Assembly (NCBI GenBank): GCA_004431415.1
Contig: QPMI01000408.1
Location: forward strand, 806,001-870,000
Direction: 5' to 3'
DNA from: Cyanophora paradoxa CCMP329
Taxonomy: Eukaryota; Plantae; Glaucophyta
DNA length: 64,000 nt
Below, piece by piece: positions 47,096 through 59,041 of the stretch. The notes under the pieces are model-generated. The model made no database searches and was not told the origin of the DNA. It worked only from the letters and a program-made list of their open reading frames with translations. The position numbers were made by a program, and so were the translations under genes. The first letter of the stretch is position 1. Every line of letters begins with the position of its first letter.

Positions 47096-48249
47096 AGCGG
47101 TGGGAAAAATACGCAGCGTTGCAACGAACAGGAGCGAGGCTGATCAGCGATCGTCAGTTCAATCGTCTGGTGTGGACTACAGCAGTGTTCGCGTGGTGCA
47201 GCGGCGTCGAACACTTCATTACAGCAGAAGCAGTTCAGGTCAAAGTAGGCAGTCACGATAGCGCCGATGCGAGCCAGTTCATCGGCGTACTGCGAGTCGG
47301 CATCTGTTCACCCGGACCGCACTGGCGGGTGCTGTCCTTAAAACGGATGTGGAAATGGAGGCTGAAGGCGGAGGAGAACATATCAGAGGCATCAGATCGT
47401 GACCGCGAGGACCTGGGTATGTTTCCCACAGCAGAGGCGGCAATTGCAGATACCGAGGCAAGAATTGCAGAAACCGAGCGAGGAGGTCTGATAGTGGCGC
47501 GGAATGCGATAAGAATGTTGGGCTGGTGAGTTGAGTTTATCCAATGCATAGTGTGTACTGAAGCTGGAATTGAGACTCACGCGCAGCGAAGAGTGTTTGG
47601 AGGTTCGGAGGAAGATGAGTCGGGGGAACAGAGGGAGAGGTAAATGCAGCAAGCACTTGAGGGCTCGGGATCAAAAGTGATGTCGAGATACTATGATCTG
47701 CATTAGGTAGGAGTATGCTCCTGTATCCGGTAGGATCATATCAGTTCTGCAAGCGACTTGGTGTCGTGAGATATTACATGTAATTAATTTGTGGCTCATC
47801 AGATAGCCAACTACGAGGTTGGAGATAGATATAGTCCCAGGGGGGCTTGACATGCACATGAGAGACATTTGCAGCGTCGGGAGTATAGATGCAGACGGCC
47901 ACAGGCAAAGGGGTGAAGGCAATGCATTTTCACGCATACACACACATGTAAGCCCCCCCTAGTCCAGTTGTCGAGTAGCCCGGCAAGCACCGATCCCTTA
48001 CACATGCGTTCGGCTGGGCAGACGGACAAAGTTGAGACAGGAGGAGAGTGTATAATTAAACAGAGGGTACAAGTTTCTTCAGGTGAGTGGCACAAGACAC
48101 GCAGGAGGCAATGAACACGTACGCGCGTATGCGTACGGAGCTAGCGACCGATAGTTCAAGCAGTTGATATATCTGAAGCGGAAAGTATTTATAGTGAGCG
48201 GATTTGAGTATCACGTAGAAACACATAGCAGGGTTCATACCTGGATTGA

Positions 48250-50032
48250 TCAGTCGGCGAGCTCGAGGTCTATCACCTCCAATCTTGGAAGGGGTACATC
48301 GTAGACGAGCTCGAATGGGTGGTAGCCGGCCCGCGCGAGGGTCATCGTATCGACGAGATCGGCATTGGTACGCGCAAGCTGAGCGGAGTGCTCGTGGGCT
48401 GCCTCGAGCGACGTTTTGGCTGACTTGGTTGCCTTGTGCATCTCCTGGACAGCATCGTCGGTGGTCGATGCGCTCAGAAGGCAGGCTTGCTCGCAGAAAG
48501 CGGAGACTGCGCGTAGCCCCTTCTGGATCTCGGCGACTACTCCGCTGCGCTCCTGCTCTGCGGCGAGATACGCCCGAAAGTGGCCGGCCACCTCGCGCGA
48601 CACAGAGATCACGCCAGATGTCGCCGGGGTGTCGAAGAAGACCTCGACGAGACTATCCGAAGCACCGTACGCCGCAGCGGCAGCTGAAGCCGCGTAGGGA
48701 GGGATGCGACGGGGTGACGAGAGGAGGCCACCGACGAGCCCCAGGGATTCGAGGCGATGACAGTTGTGGACGATATGCTCGAGGGAGTTGAACAGTATGA
48801 CGTGCTCCTCAAGAGCAGGGACCGCAACAGGGATCACGAGTCGCTTGAGGGAGTCCGAGGCCACGTGCTGGGCGAAGGACTTTATGTGGCTCGGACGGTA
48901 CTTGTGGTCGAAGATGCGAGCAGCAGAAAGGTCAAGGGAGACGAGGGACTCGAGGGCATCGCTGAGGCCGTCGCCGAGGTGCGGGAGCGTCGAGGGGAGC
49001 ACGGGGCAACGTAGGACCTCGATGGACTTTGGTAGGGCTCGCACGGGAAGGCATGCGCCGAGGGCTGACGGGATCTCGTTCTCGAAGTGGGTAATGTGGC
49101 TCTGGTGACTGCCGACGCGCTGGCCAGGAGGATATAGACCGTTAAGGTTGATGCGCATGGTCGAAGGAGCCACCACCGTCGTCGATGGCACAATGCGAGT
49201 GCGCTGAGGCCAACTCTCGTACTCTCCGACGGCGTCGAAGATGACGATCGAAGAGTCGCACTCGAACGTCAGAGCGAGGGGCGCACGGGGCATTGGGGTT
49301 ATGAAGTAGTGCCCCTCGTGGCTGTGACCAGGGGGGAAGGACCCAGTGATGATGACCTCCCGAGCATCGAGACGCAAATCAATGAAGTGCAACATGCTCG
49401 TCGCGCACTGGTACGCAATGGCGCCACCGGAAATCTCGAGGCGTTCGAGAAGGTACGGACCAGCGGACCAGGGGCCGAAACTGCGCAGAGGGCACGAGGG
49501 AAAATTACTCGAAGAGCACGAATGTTGTTTACGCGCAATGTAACATCATGAGTGAAACGACCCGGGCATTAGAAGGAACCAGCGCTAGCGCTGAGAGGGC
49601 GCACTTGTCGATGGAAGAGAACTTGGGTACGCTGATGCCGCGAAGCGACGGAGGGTTCAATTGCAGATTGTCTAAGACGTTGAGCTCGTCGACTGGGTGA
49701 TCGTCGAAGATGAGCACTTTGGCCGACGTCGCCTTGGCAACGTGGTACCACTTGACGTGCACGGGGCGCGCGCGCGCCGGCGGGACAGCGCGAGTGGACA
49801 GCGCAAGCGACCACCGATCTGCCGGGATGTCTGTAGACTCCTCGGAGGGCTGAAAAGACTGATTGACGATGGCGGCGAGGAACTCCGCAATGTGCCGGTG
49901 CCGCCATGGCTGCATATCGAAGATGCGTGACACGATTCGGAGAAGGCTGCTCTTGCCGGAGAGGAGGTGGTTGTTGTACACCCATGGACCCCGCTTACGG
50001 CCACTTCGCTTCGCTCCGGGCCGCGGTTCCAT
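48250..50032 (-). CDS. Two-exon gene (~575 aa), LRR/RNI-like with C-terminal coiled coil
   Basis: Intron 49481-49532 (GTAAAC..GCGCAG) joins ORFs 49529-50032 and 48250-49395 in frame; LESLVSLDLS, SLKRLVI and CHRLESLGL motifs. Confidence 0.65.
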
Positions 50033-50662
50033 GGGTATTTAGCGTCTTCCCCTCACTAGATCGATCTGATTTTGCCGTGCGTGTACCAAAATCGTTTTAC
50101 ACGTTTCCCTCTGCTATTACGTGCCGGAGGGCGTGTGCGTGGGTACCTTAGGGGTTGAAAAATAAAATTCGATTTAGCTTCGAGGAGGTAGCTAACGGGA
50201 GAGCCTTTGAGGCTGATTGGGAATTCACTTTAGGGTATGAGCTTAGGCATTCTAGTGTCCACTGAGAGGCCGCACTAGAAATTCCCGGGGGAGGTGCACC
50301 CGCGCCAGCAATGTGAATTTAGGGATGGCTCTGTGCATCTTCTTACATCCAGCCTACGTACATGTCAGATCGGATGAATGCGAAATACCCAAACATTGGA
50401 CCAAAGAACGAATCTTGCCTGACTGGAAAAAGCAAAGGCTGCCGAAAGCGACCTCAGTAAAACCCAGTCTCAAAGATCAAACGTGAATTGCAGCGCGCTT
50501 TTGAGATTTGTCAATTAGAAGAACCAGCGGTGATTCAGGAACAGATTGAACGAGCAAAACAGCAAAGGAGACCAACAGTAGAAGGAGAGGATCTGCCCGA
50601 TTTGCCTGATTTTTATTTACCTTAAAGATATCTCAATCTCAGATTGTAAAAAGTGAAAGACA

Positions 50663-51289
50663 ATGGGAGGACACAACTATTTCGGCACACTTGCTCCAAG
50701 AGGTCTATTTAGCACTTCAGATTATAGGGCGGCCACAGAGTCTAGTGATGAGGAAGTTTGTGAGGTGCGCAGACGTGTTCGCTCTATTCTTTGCAGAGAT
50801 TGTAATGATGTCTGTGAAAATGAAGCAATGTGGAATCGAAATAACAACAAGTGTCACGAATGCTTTGAAAAGCAGTTAGACAACATGATAACCGCTTATG
50901 CTGGGGAAACGAGAGAGAAGCAGGAATGTGGATGCTTTGATAAGATTTCAATTGTCCGAGAAGCACGTTTGAAGTGTGCGAAGTGCAATGAATTTACGAG
51001 CTGGATACCTCAGCAAAAGCTGTTGCAATACAGTGGAAAAGTAGTTTGGAACTGTAACCAGTGCAATCCATCTACGCCGTGGCTGAAATTCAGATTTATC
51101 ACGTGGTATTGGGTGCCAAATCTAAAGAAAATCCTGCGAAATGGAAGGCATGTTTGGGTATTAGCGAAAAGTGATGAAATGAACCACAAATGTGGATGTT
51201 CCAAGTGTGTGCATGCAAATACTGTTGATCGATGTGTCACAGACGAATTCGTCTCCCCCCAAGAGCCCCCTTCAGTTGCGACCCAGTAG
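50663..51289 (+). CDS. Cys-rich putative zinc-binding protein (208 aa), AT-rich and virus-like
   Basis: CRDC, CHEC, CAKC, CNQC and CGCSKC pairs. Confidence 0.6.
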   Translation: MGGHNYFGTLAPRGLFSTSDYRAATESSDEEVCEVRRRVRSILCRDCNDVCENEAMWNRNNNKCHECFEKQLDNMITAYAGETREKQECGCFDKISIVREARLKCAKCNEFTSWIPQQKLLQYSGKVVWNCNQCNPSTPWLKFRFITWYWVPNLKKILRNGRHVWVLAKSDEMNHKCGCSKCVHANTVDRCVTDEFVSPQEPPSVATQ

Positions 51290-51344
51290 AATTGGGCTCA
51301 GAAACATTGGGGGTAGCAGGTTTTACAGATGCATCATCGAGAGC

Positions 51345-51980
51345 GTTACAGCGATATCGATTGTCGGGAAGTATAAAAATAAGACTATAGGAGATCTGGA
51401 CTAATATTTCAAAAGTTACAGCGATATCGATTGTCGGGAAGTATGAAAATAAGACTATAGGAGATCTGGACTAACATATCAAAAGTTATTGTCGGGAAGT
51501 ATAAAAATAAGACTATAGGAGATCTGGACTAACATTTCAAAAGTTACAGCGATATCGATTGTCGGGAAGTATAAAAATAAGACTATAGGAGATCTGGACA
51601 AATATTTCGAAAGTTATTGTCGGGAAGTATAAAAATAAGACTATAGGAGATCTGGACAAGTTATTGTCGGAAGTATAAAAATAAGACTATAGGAGATCTG
51701 GACTAACATTTCAAAAGTTATTGTCGGGAAGTATAAAAATAAGACTATAGGAGATCTGGACTAATACTTCAAAAGTTATAACAAATACTAGAAGTCTCAT
51801 ACCCCTATTTTTATACCTTCCGACAAACAAATACTAGAAGTCTCATACCCCTATTTTTATACCTTCCGACAATCTACTTAAAAGTTACAGAAATCGATAG
51901 CGATTGTCGGGAAGTGTAAGAGCAAACGGCTGCGGTGGGAACTGGACAAACAAATACTAGAAGTCTCATACCCCTATTTT
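51345..51980. repeat. AT-rich array: 7 direct ~41-bp cores plus inverted variants
   Basis: TTGTCGGGAAGTATAAAAATAAGACTATAGGAGATCTGGAC at 51361, 51431, 51489, 51559, 51617, 51664, 51721; inverted CTATTTTTATACCTTCCGACAA near 51805 and 51852. Confidence 0.92.
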
Positions 51981-52121
51981 TACAGCTCTCGCGGCCAACT
52001 TAAGTGATCAGCTTCAGCTGTAGCTGTGCAAGCCTTAAAGAAAACGCGATGATAGTTATCAATCAGAGATTGTGCGCGCTGAATTTCGAAAAAGTTTTCT
52101 GATTGTATCATTAATCGAAAC

Positions 52122-53123
52122 ATGAGCTCCCGAGCCGTAAGAGCTAGCCTTAGAACCGAAATCAACGAGCTTGCACAGAGGCTGTATGAGCGAGGCTACA
52201 TTAATGCAACGTATAGGAACTCGCTACTGCGGCCTCTTTCAAACACCAGGACCCACACTGACACACTCCGATCCTCTCTAGCATCACTGCTCAGGCTGCA
52301 GGGGACAGAAAGGCCTCAGCGTCCGCTGTACGGGCGAGACGTTGCCGCTCATTTTGAGAGGGCGCAGGCTGCGCGAGCAGCAGCAACACAGGAGATTGAT
52401 GAAGTTGCGGAAGCTATATCAGGGCTATTCCGCGAGCAGGCATCGGCCAACGTTAACGTAGTTCGCACCTATACTCACCACGAGTATCCAGGGCTGCTTT
52501 TCACGAAGGACATTATAGAGATAGAGCCGACAGCTGATCCAGAGAGAGTGAAAGAATTGACGATAGCGTTTCTGAATGAGCTGCGAATCCCAGAGAGGAT
52601 TGGAGCTGCTGTTTTAATTCGCTTTCATTTTGAGAATTTCCACATGTACCGCACGCAGCTTGCGACCATAGAGGAGGGCACGATGCAGTCACTTCTAGCA
52701 AATCTCGCGGAGAAGATGGAGAGTTGGATGCTAGCGCAGCAGCCCTACGAGGACACTGATGTCTGGCCAGTCGTGCAGATCGAGGTGCTTATCGCAGAAA
52801 ACGCAGCAGGGGCTCTGGGAAATGTACCTAAGCTGCCCTTTGGAGGGAAGGCTCTAACGATGAACAAGATCTACTGTCCGATCTCTCCAGAGGACAACTG
52901 CGTGCTTGAATGCTTTGAGCATGAGAAGCTCAATCCCGGTCGCCTGAACCTTGAGAGAGTATATAAGAAGCTTCAGCATGTTGATTACAGTTCAATTCGC
53001 ACACAGCTGGGGCTTCCACGGGGCCTAATTGTAGTCGATGAACCTACCATACGCAAGCTGAGAAAAAATGGTATATTGGGCGTTCTGCCCCACGATACGA
53101 TTTATCGTCTCATATCTCATTGA
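52122..53123 (+). pseudogene. Truncated pPolB-like N-terminus (terminal-protein region plus start of vOTU-like domain) of a second viral element
   Basis: N-terminus and IEVLI..G..PKLP...IYCPISPEDNCVLECF resemble MPRAV.. and LQLQI..GSSYIPLP...VINPRNDDQKCFAW of the 59042 gene; ORF runs into the 133-bp repeats. Confidence 0.55.
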
Positions 53124-53639
53124 ATTTCATAAATCCTTACCATAAACGAATTTTTCTATAAATAACACACACGTATACCATATTTCTCGATTGTCGTACA
53201 TTGAATCCAAAAACTTTCTGCCCCACGATACGATTTATCGTCTCATATCTCATTGAATTTCATAAATCCTTACCATAAACGAATTTTTCTATAAATAACA
53301 CACACGTATACCATATTTCTCGATTGTCGTACATTGAATCCAAAAACTTTCTGCCCCACGATACGATTTATCGTCTCATATCTCATTGAATTTCATAAAT
53401 CCTTACCATAAACGAATTTTTCTATAAATAACACACACGTATACCATATTTCTCGATTGTCGTACATTGAATCCAAAAACTTTCTGCCCCACGATACGAT
53501 TTATCGTCTCATATCTCATTGAATTTCATAAATCCTTACCATAAACGAATTTTTCTATAAATAACACACACGTATACCATATTTCTCGATTGTCGTACAT
53601 TGAATCCAAAAACTTTCTGCCCCACGATACCATTTATCG
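53083..53639. repeat. 133-bp perfect tandem repeat x4.2 (probable viral terminal repeat region)
   Basis: TTCTGCCCCACGATAC at 53083, 53216, 53349, 53482, 53615. Confidence 0.95.
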
Positions 53640-53938
53640 TAATATTCCACCGATCCACCGATACTCCACCATATTCTCCGATAACTACAACTGAAAAAAT
53701 AGCGATATACTCATGTATATGTAAGGTATATACATCCGAGCCTCCGTATATACCACCCCGGACAACTTCCGATTTTTCATTTTTTTTACTTTTTTTTCGC
53801 ATATCACGACATATACATATATATACCGGCGTCACCGACATATTCGGGGTCATCACATCGCGGCGATTCCGAAAACATGTAGAATGCATGGAAGTATAAT
53901 TTTGTGTTTTTGTGTGTTATTCGACCAATCACAAGCCA

Positions 53939-54140
53939 CTAGACAGGGTTAGACAGGATTAGACAGGGTTAGACAGGTTCGCTAGACAAGCCCTAGACAA
54001 GCCCTAGACAAGCCGCCAAAGACTTGACGTTTTTACGACAAGCCGCCAAAGACTTGACGTTTTTACGACAAGCCGCCAAAGACTTGACGTTTTTACGACA
54101 AGCCGCCAATGAAGACTTGTCGTTTAAACGACAAGCCGCC
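53939..54140. repeat. Graded short tandem repeats (10, 11 and 30 bp) sharing a GACA core
   Basis: AGACAGGGTT-like x4, CTAGACAAGCC x3, ACAAGCCGCCAAAGACTTGACGTTTTTACG x3+. Confidence 0.9.
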
Positions 54141-54413
54141 ACCAAATTATTTAATTTCATTCATGGGTGACAGGGGGGATACCGGTTAAGGTGACAGGGG
54201 TGACAGGGGGGATACCAAAAAGTTAGAAAAAACGAAACCAAACAAAAACAAAACAACACGAACAAAAAAGAAAAAAACATGAGCGACCGAGTAGAAAACT
54301 CGAAAAACAATCGAAACGCCACGCAAACCGTCAACACCCTGTATCTCTTCACCAAATCATCGCCTTGCAAAACCAAAAATAGCGCCGGAATGCTCTCGAA
54401 AAGCTCTACAAGG

Positions 54414-55176
54414 CTACATCGTAACCGTAGCGCCCTCGCGCTGTATGCGAGCCAACCGTTCCTTCTTTTGCAGTGCCCGTTGCCGAACTTCCGAGTCATC
54501 TTTTTCAAGTCGTCTTCTGATAGGATCGCCCGGTCTGTGTAGAACTTAACGTCGTAGCCTTGCAAACCCACGCAGACCACCTGATAACTATGACCCCATA
54601 GCCTATTTAGTTCCTTAAAGTCTCTCTTACTGAGACCACCATTATATTCATCAAAAGCACAGTTAAACTCTTTTTCGTTCCCTAATATATTGAAAAAGAC
54701 CACGAGTTCGAGGTTGCGCCTAATTGTAGTGCTTACTGAGCACATGCGTTGTGAATTCACGATGAGGATATCATATAATGTCTTCCAGAGGTTACCAGCT
54801 TTTTCAAGACCATATTCGTCTCCATATTTAGCGAGGATCCAATCATGTCATCTAATATCAAAACTAAGCTGTTCTTTCTCTCTCCCTTTTCGATTCGTTT
54901 CTTTTGCATCCCGATGAGCTTAACCACAAGGTCATCGTTCCATTCCTCAAATATGTTATCGGGGTGTGTGATGTCTTGCCATTGACCAGTAAATGCAGTC
55001 GAACTAAAAACCACGACCTGATCGATTTGGTCGCGAAGCTCATACAGTAAATATTTCGCAAACGTAGTCTTCCCAGTGTTACTACGTCCCCAGCAACCGA
55101 TTCTTGTTGGTAAAACTATGTTCCTTGCAGGATCCAACTCAGGTATTTCATCCAGATTTATGGTTTCCTTATCCAT
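54414..55176 (-). CDS. A32/FtsK-HerA family DNA packaging ATPase (frameshifts near 54765 and probably 54503)
   Basis: Walker A GRSNTGKT, Walker B LILDD, GRHY then IVNSQ and TTIRRN in the next frame. Confidence 0.9.
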
Positions 55177-55252
55177 TACAGTAAAGACATAAAAAAACAG
55201 ACAAAAGCGGCACGCTAAGCGAGCCTTGCGCGAGCGCCGCACCTTACTACGC

Positions 55253-56476
55253 TTAGAAGTTGCTAACTTTGAGGGTCGACAGTTGATAGCCATTGATTAC
55301 AAGGACATTGTGGCGAAGTGTGAATATATCCACCACAACCGGATTGGCATCAGTGCAGCCATTCACTGTGAGGTTCATGTAGCTTGATGACGAGTTGAAA
55401 AAGTCCTGATAACCGAGAACCGAGTTGTGCAGGGAATCCTTGCCGGACTTGCTCAGAACAACACCATAAACGCTTCCCTCAGCGACTCCAACAGCCGCAC
55501 CACCTGTGCTCGCACCCTTGTAGTGAGAGGGGATGTGGTTCACAGCGGAAAGGAAGCCCGAGATTGGCTTATTTGAAATATCGAGGGTGCGATTGTTGTG
55601 GTAAATCTCGAAGTTGGTGATGTTGTAGGTTTCGCCCTTGCCATAGAAGCGAGAGTGGTTAACCGTTTTCAGATCCGCATTCTTTCGGACTGTAAGCAGA
55701 ACCGAGTGGACGAGCCCGCTCACATTAGCAAGCGAGACCTCAGTCGCAGTGTCGGCATCCGCCGTTTTCAGTGGGCGGGTTTGCTTGTGGAGAACCTCAG
55801 TAATTGGGATGCGAATGCCACCCTCTTCGTTTGCCATTTTAAGCAGTCGCTCCGCCTCATCAGAGGAAATGTTAACGAACTGACAAACGAGATGGCAATC
55901 GCTCATAGCGATGGTAGCATTTAAAGCAAGAGTTACAACAGTCGAAGCCCGGAAATCGACCTCAATTTGGGGCATCTCAGCAAGTGCACAGAGGGGGAAG
56001 TAAGAGTCGTCCCACATTTGCGAGGGGATCTTAACAATAAACTCGCGAGAAGTGTTATTAAGAACAATAGCGGCATCATCCATGCCATAGGAGGTGGCGA
56101 GAGCACCCAGAGTTGAGGGATCGTTGTCGACGATGGTGTTCACAGTGATCCAGTCACCGGGTAACGTAAGTTTAAAACCGCCATGGACGATTCGGACATT
56201 TTCAATGAAGCTACTCGCACAGTTTGGAAGGGTAGCGTTCGCACCACCACCACCAGTGAGTTTGAAGTAGAGGGAGAGACCGCTGAGTAGCTGTTTGCGT
56301 GGGAGGTCAAAGACCGCAGTAGAAGCAAAGCCAAAGGTGTTGCCACGAGGCTTGACTGTTTCAATGAATGGCTTATATTTCGGGTTGGCGCCAATGACCA
56401 GACCGGGGGATAGATATAGTTCGCTCGAATTGGGGGTGACGAGGAGCTCTTTAAGAGTGGTTCCAGCGAGCGCCAT
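55253..56476 (-). CDS. Double jelly-roll major capsid protein (407 aa)
   Basis: Beta-rich; FGFASTAVFDLPRKQLLSGLSLYFKL, FIENVRIVHGG, YFPLCAL..QIEVDFR; lies between the ATPase and penton. Confidence 0.82.
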   Translation of the reverse strand: MALAGTTLKELLVTPNSSELYLSPGLVIGANPKYKPFIETVKPRGNTFGFASTAVFDLPRKQLLSGLSLYFKLTGGGGANATLPNCASSFIENVRIVHGGFKLTLPGDWITVNTIVDNDPSTLGALATSYGMDDAAIVLNNTSREFIVKIPSQMWDDSYFPLCALAEMPQIEVDFRASTVVTLALNATIAMSDCHLVCQFVNISSDEAERLLKMANEEGGIRIPITEVLHKQTRPLKTADADTATEVSLANVSGLVHSVLLTVRKNADLKTVNHSRFYGKGETYNITNFEIYHNNRTLDISNKPISGFLSAVNHIPSHYKGASTGGAAVGVAEGSVYGVVLSKSGKDSLHNSVLGYQDFFNSSSSYMNLTVNGCTDANPVVVDIFTLRHNVLVINGYQLSTLKVSNF

Positions 56477-56528
56477 TGTTTACTAATCGTGAACAAAATA
56501 ATTTATACACGGATAGTAACGAACACAA

Positions 56529-57424
56529 ATGGGAAAAATACTAATCAATATCGATTCCAGGGATCGCGAAGCTGATTCTACCAGTTCCGCGAATTTCCGC
56601 TATAAACTTCCCTATCCCGTGAAGCGAGTCAAATCTTGCAGAATCACGAATTTTGAGCTATTTAATAATCTATACAACCTCACCACAGATGGAACCATTA
56701 CCACAGTCACCTACGATAACATCAATGCCAGAAGACCCGGACAAACACCTTCAAAGCCGGAAATTACGACCCCACGAGCCTTGTTAATTACCTTAACGTT
56801 CTGATTGGCACACAGCAGTATGCGCAGAATGGAGGTGGAACCTACACCCGCAAATTCAAAGTGTTCTACGACTCAAACACCATGAAACTAAGGATCCTTT
56901 CAAATGAGGCATTCGGTCTCCGGTTTGCCTCGCTTCCAGTGGCAAACTTTACAGGATTCCAGGTCGCTGACAAACTGTATTTAGGTGCAGTGTTGGCAGT
57001 AAACGAAACCTATGATGCACTCGTTTACACACACGAATTATATTCGGAGGTTCCCCTCGACCTTCTGTATTACTCATACATGTTGCTCCACATTGAGCAG
57101 CTACGAGGCACTGTGATCAGTCGCAACCCATCCGATTGCTATGCAATTGCAAAGATCATTCTCGACCAGCAGGTCGGAGCCCTGTTAAAATACGAGGGTT
57201 CCAATGCAACTATGGTGGCATCTGACATGATTGACCGCGAGCTTGAATACCTCGACATCGCACTGAAATACTATAATGGGATTCAGGTCACCTTGCACAG
57301 CGATTGGAGCATGACGCTTGAAATCGTCACTGACGATGGTGGGAACAGAAACAAGAAAGACCTCAAAGCTATATTTGCCGATTTGCAGGATCACCTCCTC
57401 CCATTCGATAGGTCATTTTCGTAA
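56529..57424 (+). CDS. Minor capsid (penton) protein; frameshift near 56727
   Basis: INIDSRDR..SSANFRYKL N-terminus, GNY..LVNYLN in the shifted frame, LDIALKYYNG..DWSMTLEI C-terminus. Confidence 0.82.
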
Positions 57425-57453
57425 ATTAATATCGCACCCTAAATTAAGAATCA

Positions 57454-58236
57454 ATGCCGCGTCAAGCTACCGCCAAACCACGCAAAACCAAACCGAAAGA
57501 TTACCTCAGCACGCCGGCAAGTGTGGCAGACGTGGATACCCCCACTAAATTTGGAAGAGGCAAAGCAGACAAAGCCAAAGCTGTGTATCACGTTGGTGAT
57601 ATTGAGCGCGATGTCCACTCTTCGCGAAACGAGTTCATTCAAGGACAGATCAGTGATCGAAACGATGCGAACGCTTTGATTGATGAAGTCCCGCTGAATA
57701 AGATGCCCGGTAACAAGAGAGGACGAAAGAAGGGAACGATCATAAATTCGACAAAGGAACGAATCGCTTCAAAGAAAGTATTACTGAAAGAGCTCGATAT
57801 CGGCAACGTGTATTCGGTGCAGACAGGCGATCGCTACCGCTATTATCTTGCGAAGCCAGGCAAGGGCATATCCAGTCTCACACGAGCCAGTGCGAAAGAA
57901 TTGGTGGAAGGTATCGCCAAAGAGACGAAGCTCGAAAACCAAATCATGGAGCAAAAGATCACAAAGGAAAAGGTGGACGAGAAACCAGTGGTTGCATCGG
58001 AAGTACTTGCTGATCCAATCGCGCCAGCAATCAGTGCCACACCCGATCAGTTAATTGCGAAAACGATCGCACTACAAGACACAAACACCGCCACCAATCT
58101 CCCGATCGCAAACAAGCACATCCTGAAAATCGCCACCTCGACAAGCGAGCCACTTAACTCCATTCCCCGTGTGTCCCAGCCATTTATTAGCGGGTTTGCA
58201 AAGCTCGGATTAAAGCCAGGTTACAGGAGGCTCTGA
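57454..58236 (+). CDS. Lys-rich hypothetical viral protein (260 aa)
   Basis: Clean ORF in the gene-dense viral region. Confidence 0.7.
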   Translation: MPRQATAKPRKTKPKDYLSTPASVADVDTPTKFGRGKADKAKAVYHVGDIERDVHSSRNEFIQGQISDRNDANALIDEVPLNKMPGNKRGRKKGTIINSTKERIASKKVLLKELDIGNVYSVQTGDRYRYYLAKPGKGISSLTRASAKELVEGIAKETKLENQIMEQKITKEKVDEKPVVASEVLADPIAPAISATPDQLIAKTIALQDTNTATNLPIANKHILKIATSTSEPLNSIPRVSQPFISGFAKLGLKPGYRRL

Positions 58237-58574
58237 GCCGACCTAAGCGAAGCCCGGCGCTGAAAAGTTTTCTAATGTTAGAGTAGCGCTACGTAACAAG
58301 AACCTATCTCGTAGTGAGTGCTCGCGCATTTTATCCTTTTTTTCGTAGGATCCATGTGCATTTCGCTTTTAACACCTGTTCTACCGGGTTCATTGGTAGT
58401 AACTTGGGCGCCCCCGACAAGTCAGCCCCGCATCGGGACTTATTTTTGTAGCTTCTACCGGTTGTAGGGGTCAAAAAATGATAATGTTCTGAAAAAAGTC
58501 GGTTGTGCGTATATCCGACAAGAAAAAGGACTTAAAGATTTCTCGCTATATATCAGAAGAGGAAGCAAGATAGA

Positions 58575-58829
58575 ATGCCAGTCACCGAAGCCCAGAAGCG
58601 TGCCATTGACCGTTTCCGGAAGTCTGAGAAAGGGCAGGAGTATTTGAAAAAGTATAACGCAAAGTTGGCTAAGCAAGTGAAGGATCTATATAATTCCGAC
58701 GAGTGCTACCGAGCAATGAGAATTGTCGACAGCTCCCAGCGTCATTACGTTTCTAATGCTATATGCTTTGTTAAGTATCTATATGGAGTTCCACGAACCA
58801 ATCGAGGTCGCCCATCGAAATATTGCTAA
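58575..58829 (+). CDS. Small basic viral protein (84 aa) with C-terminal RGRP AT-hook-like motif
   Basis: MPVTEAQKRAIDRFRKSEKG...NRGRPSKY; TATATA upstream. Confidence 0.62.
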   Translation: MPVTEAQKRAIDRFRKSEKGQEYLKKYNAKLAKQVKDLYNSDECYRAMRIVDSSQRHYVSNAICFVKYLYGVPRTNRGRPSKYC

Positions 58830-59041
58830 TTCGTTTTTTCTCAGCGCATTTGCTCTGAGAACCAGCGCGAGAGCAACCGCGCTTAGACCGATAAACTCCC
58901 TTTGTGTTATTTTTCGAGCTTGTTTATCGAGCCAACCCTTTTGTTATTTTTACGAAAATGCCCGTCGCCCAAAAATTGACGCGTTCCCAAAAAATGACTT
59001 AAAGAAATATTTTGTAGGATATATAATAGAACAACAACGAA

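Noticed and set aside
47119-47529. 136-aa ORF as a gene
   Set aside because: No recognisable motif and a non-ATG start; cannot be supported
50370-50625. Small frameshifted ORF (..KIKRELQRAFEICQLEE..)
   Set aside because: Looks coding, but start and frame cannot be resolved without polishing
51345-51780. CRISPR-like array
   Set aside because: Linkers are variants of one sequence rather than unique spacers; no cas genes; eukaryotic context
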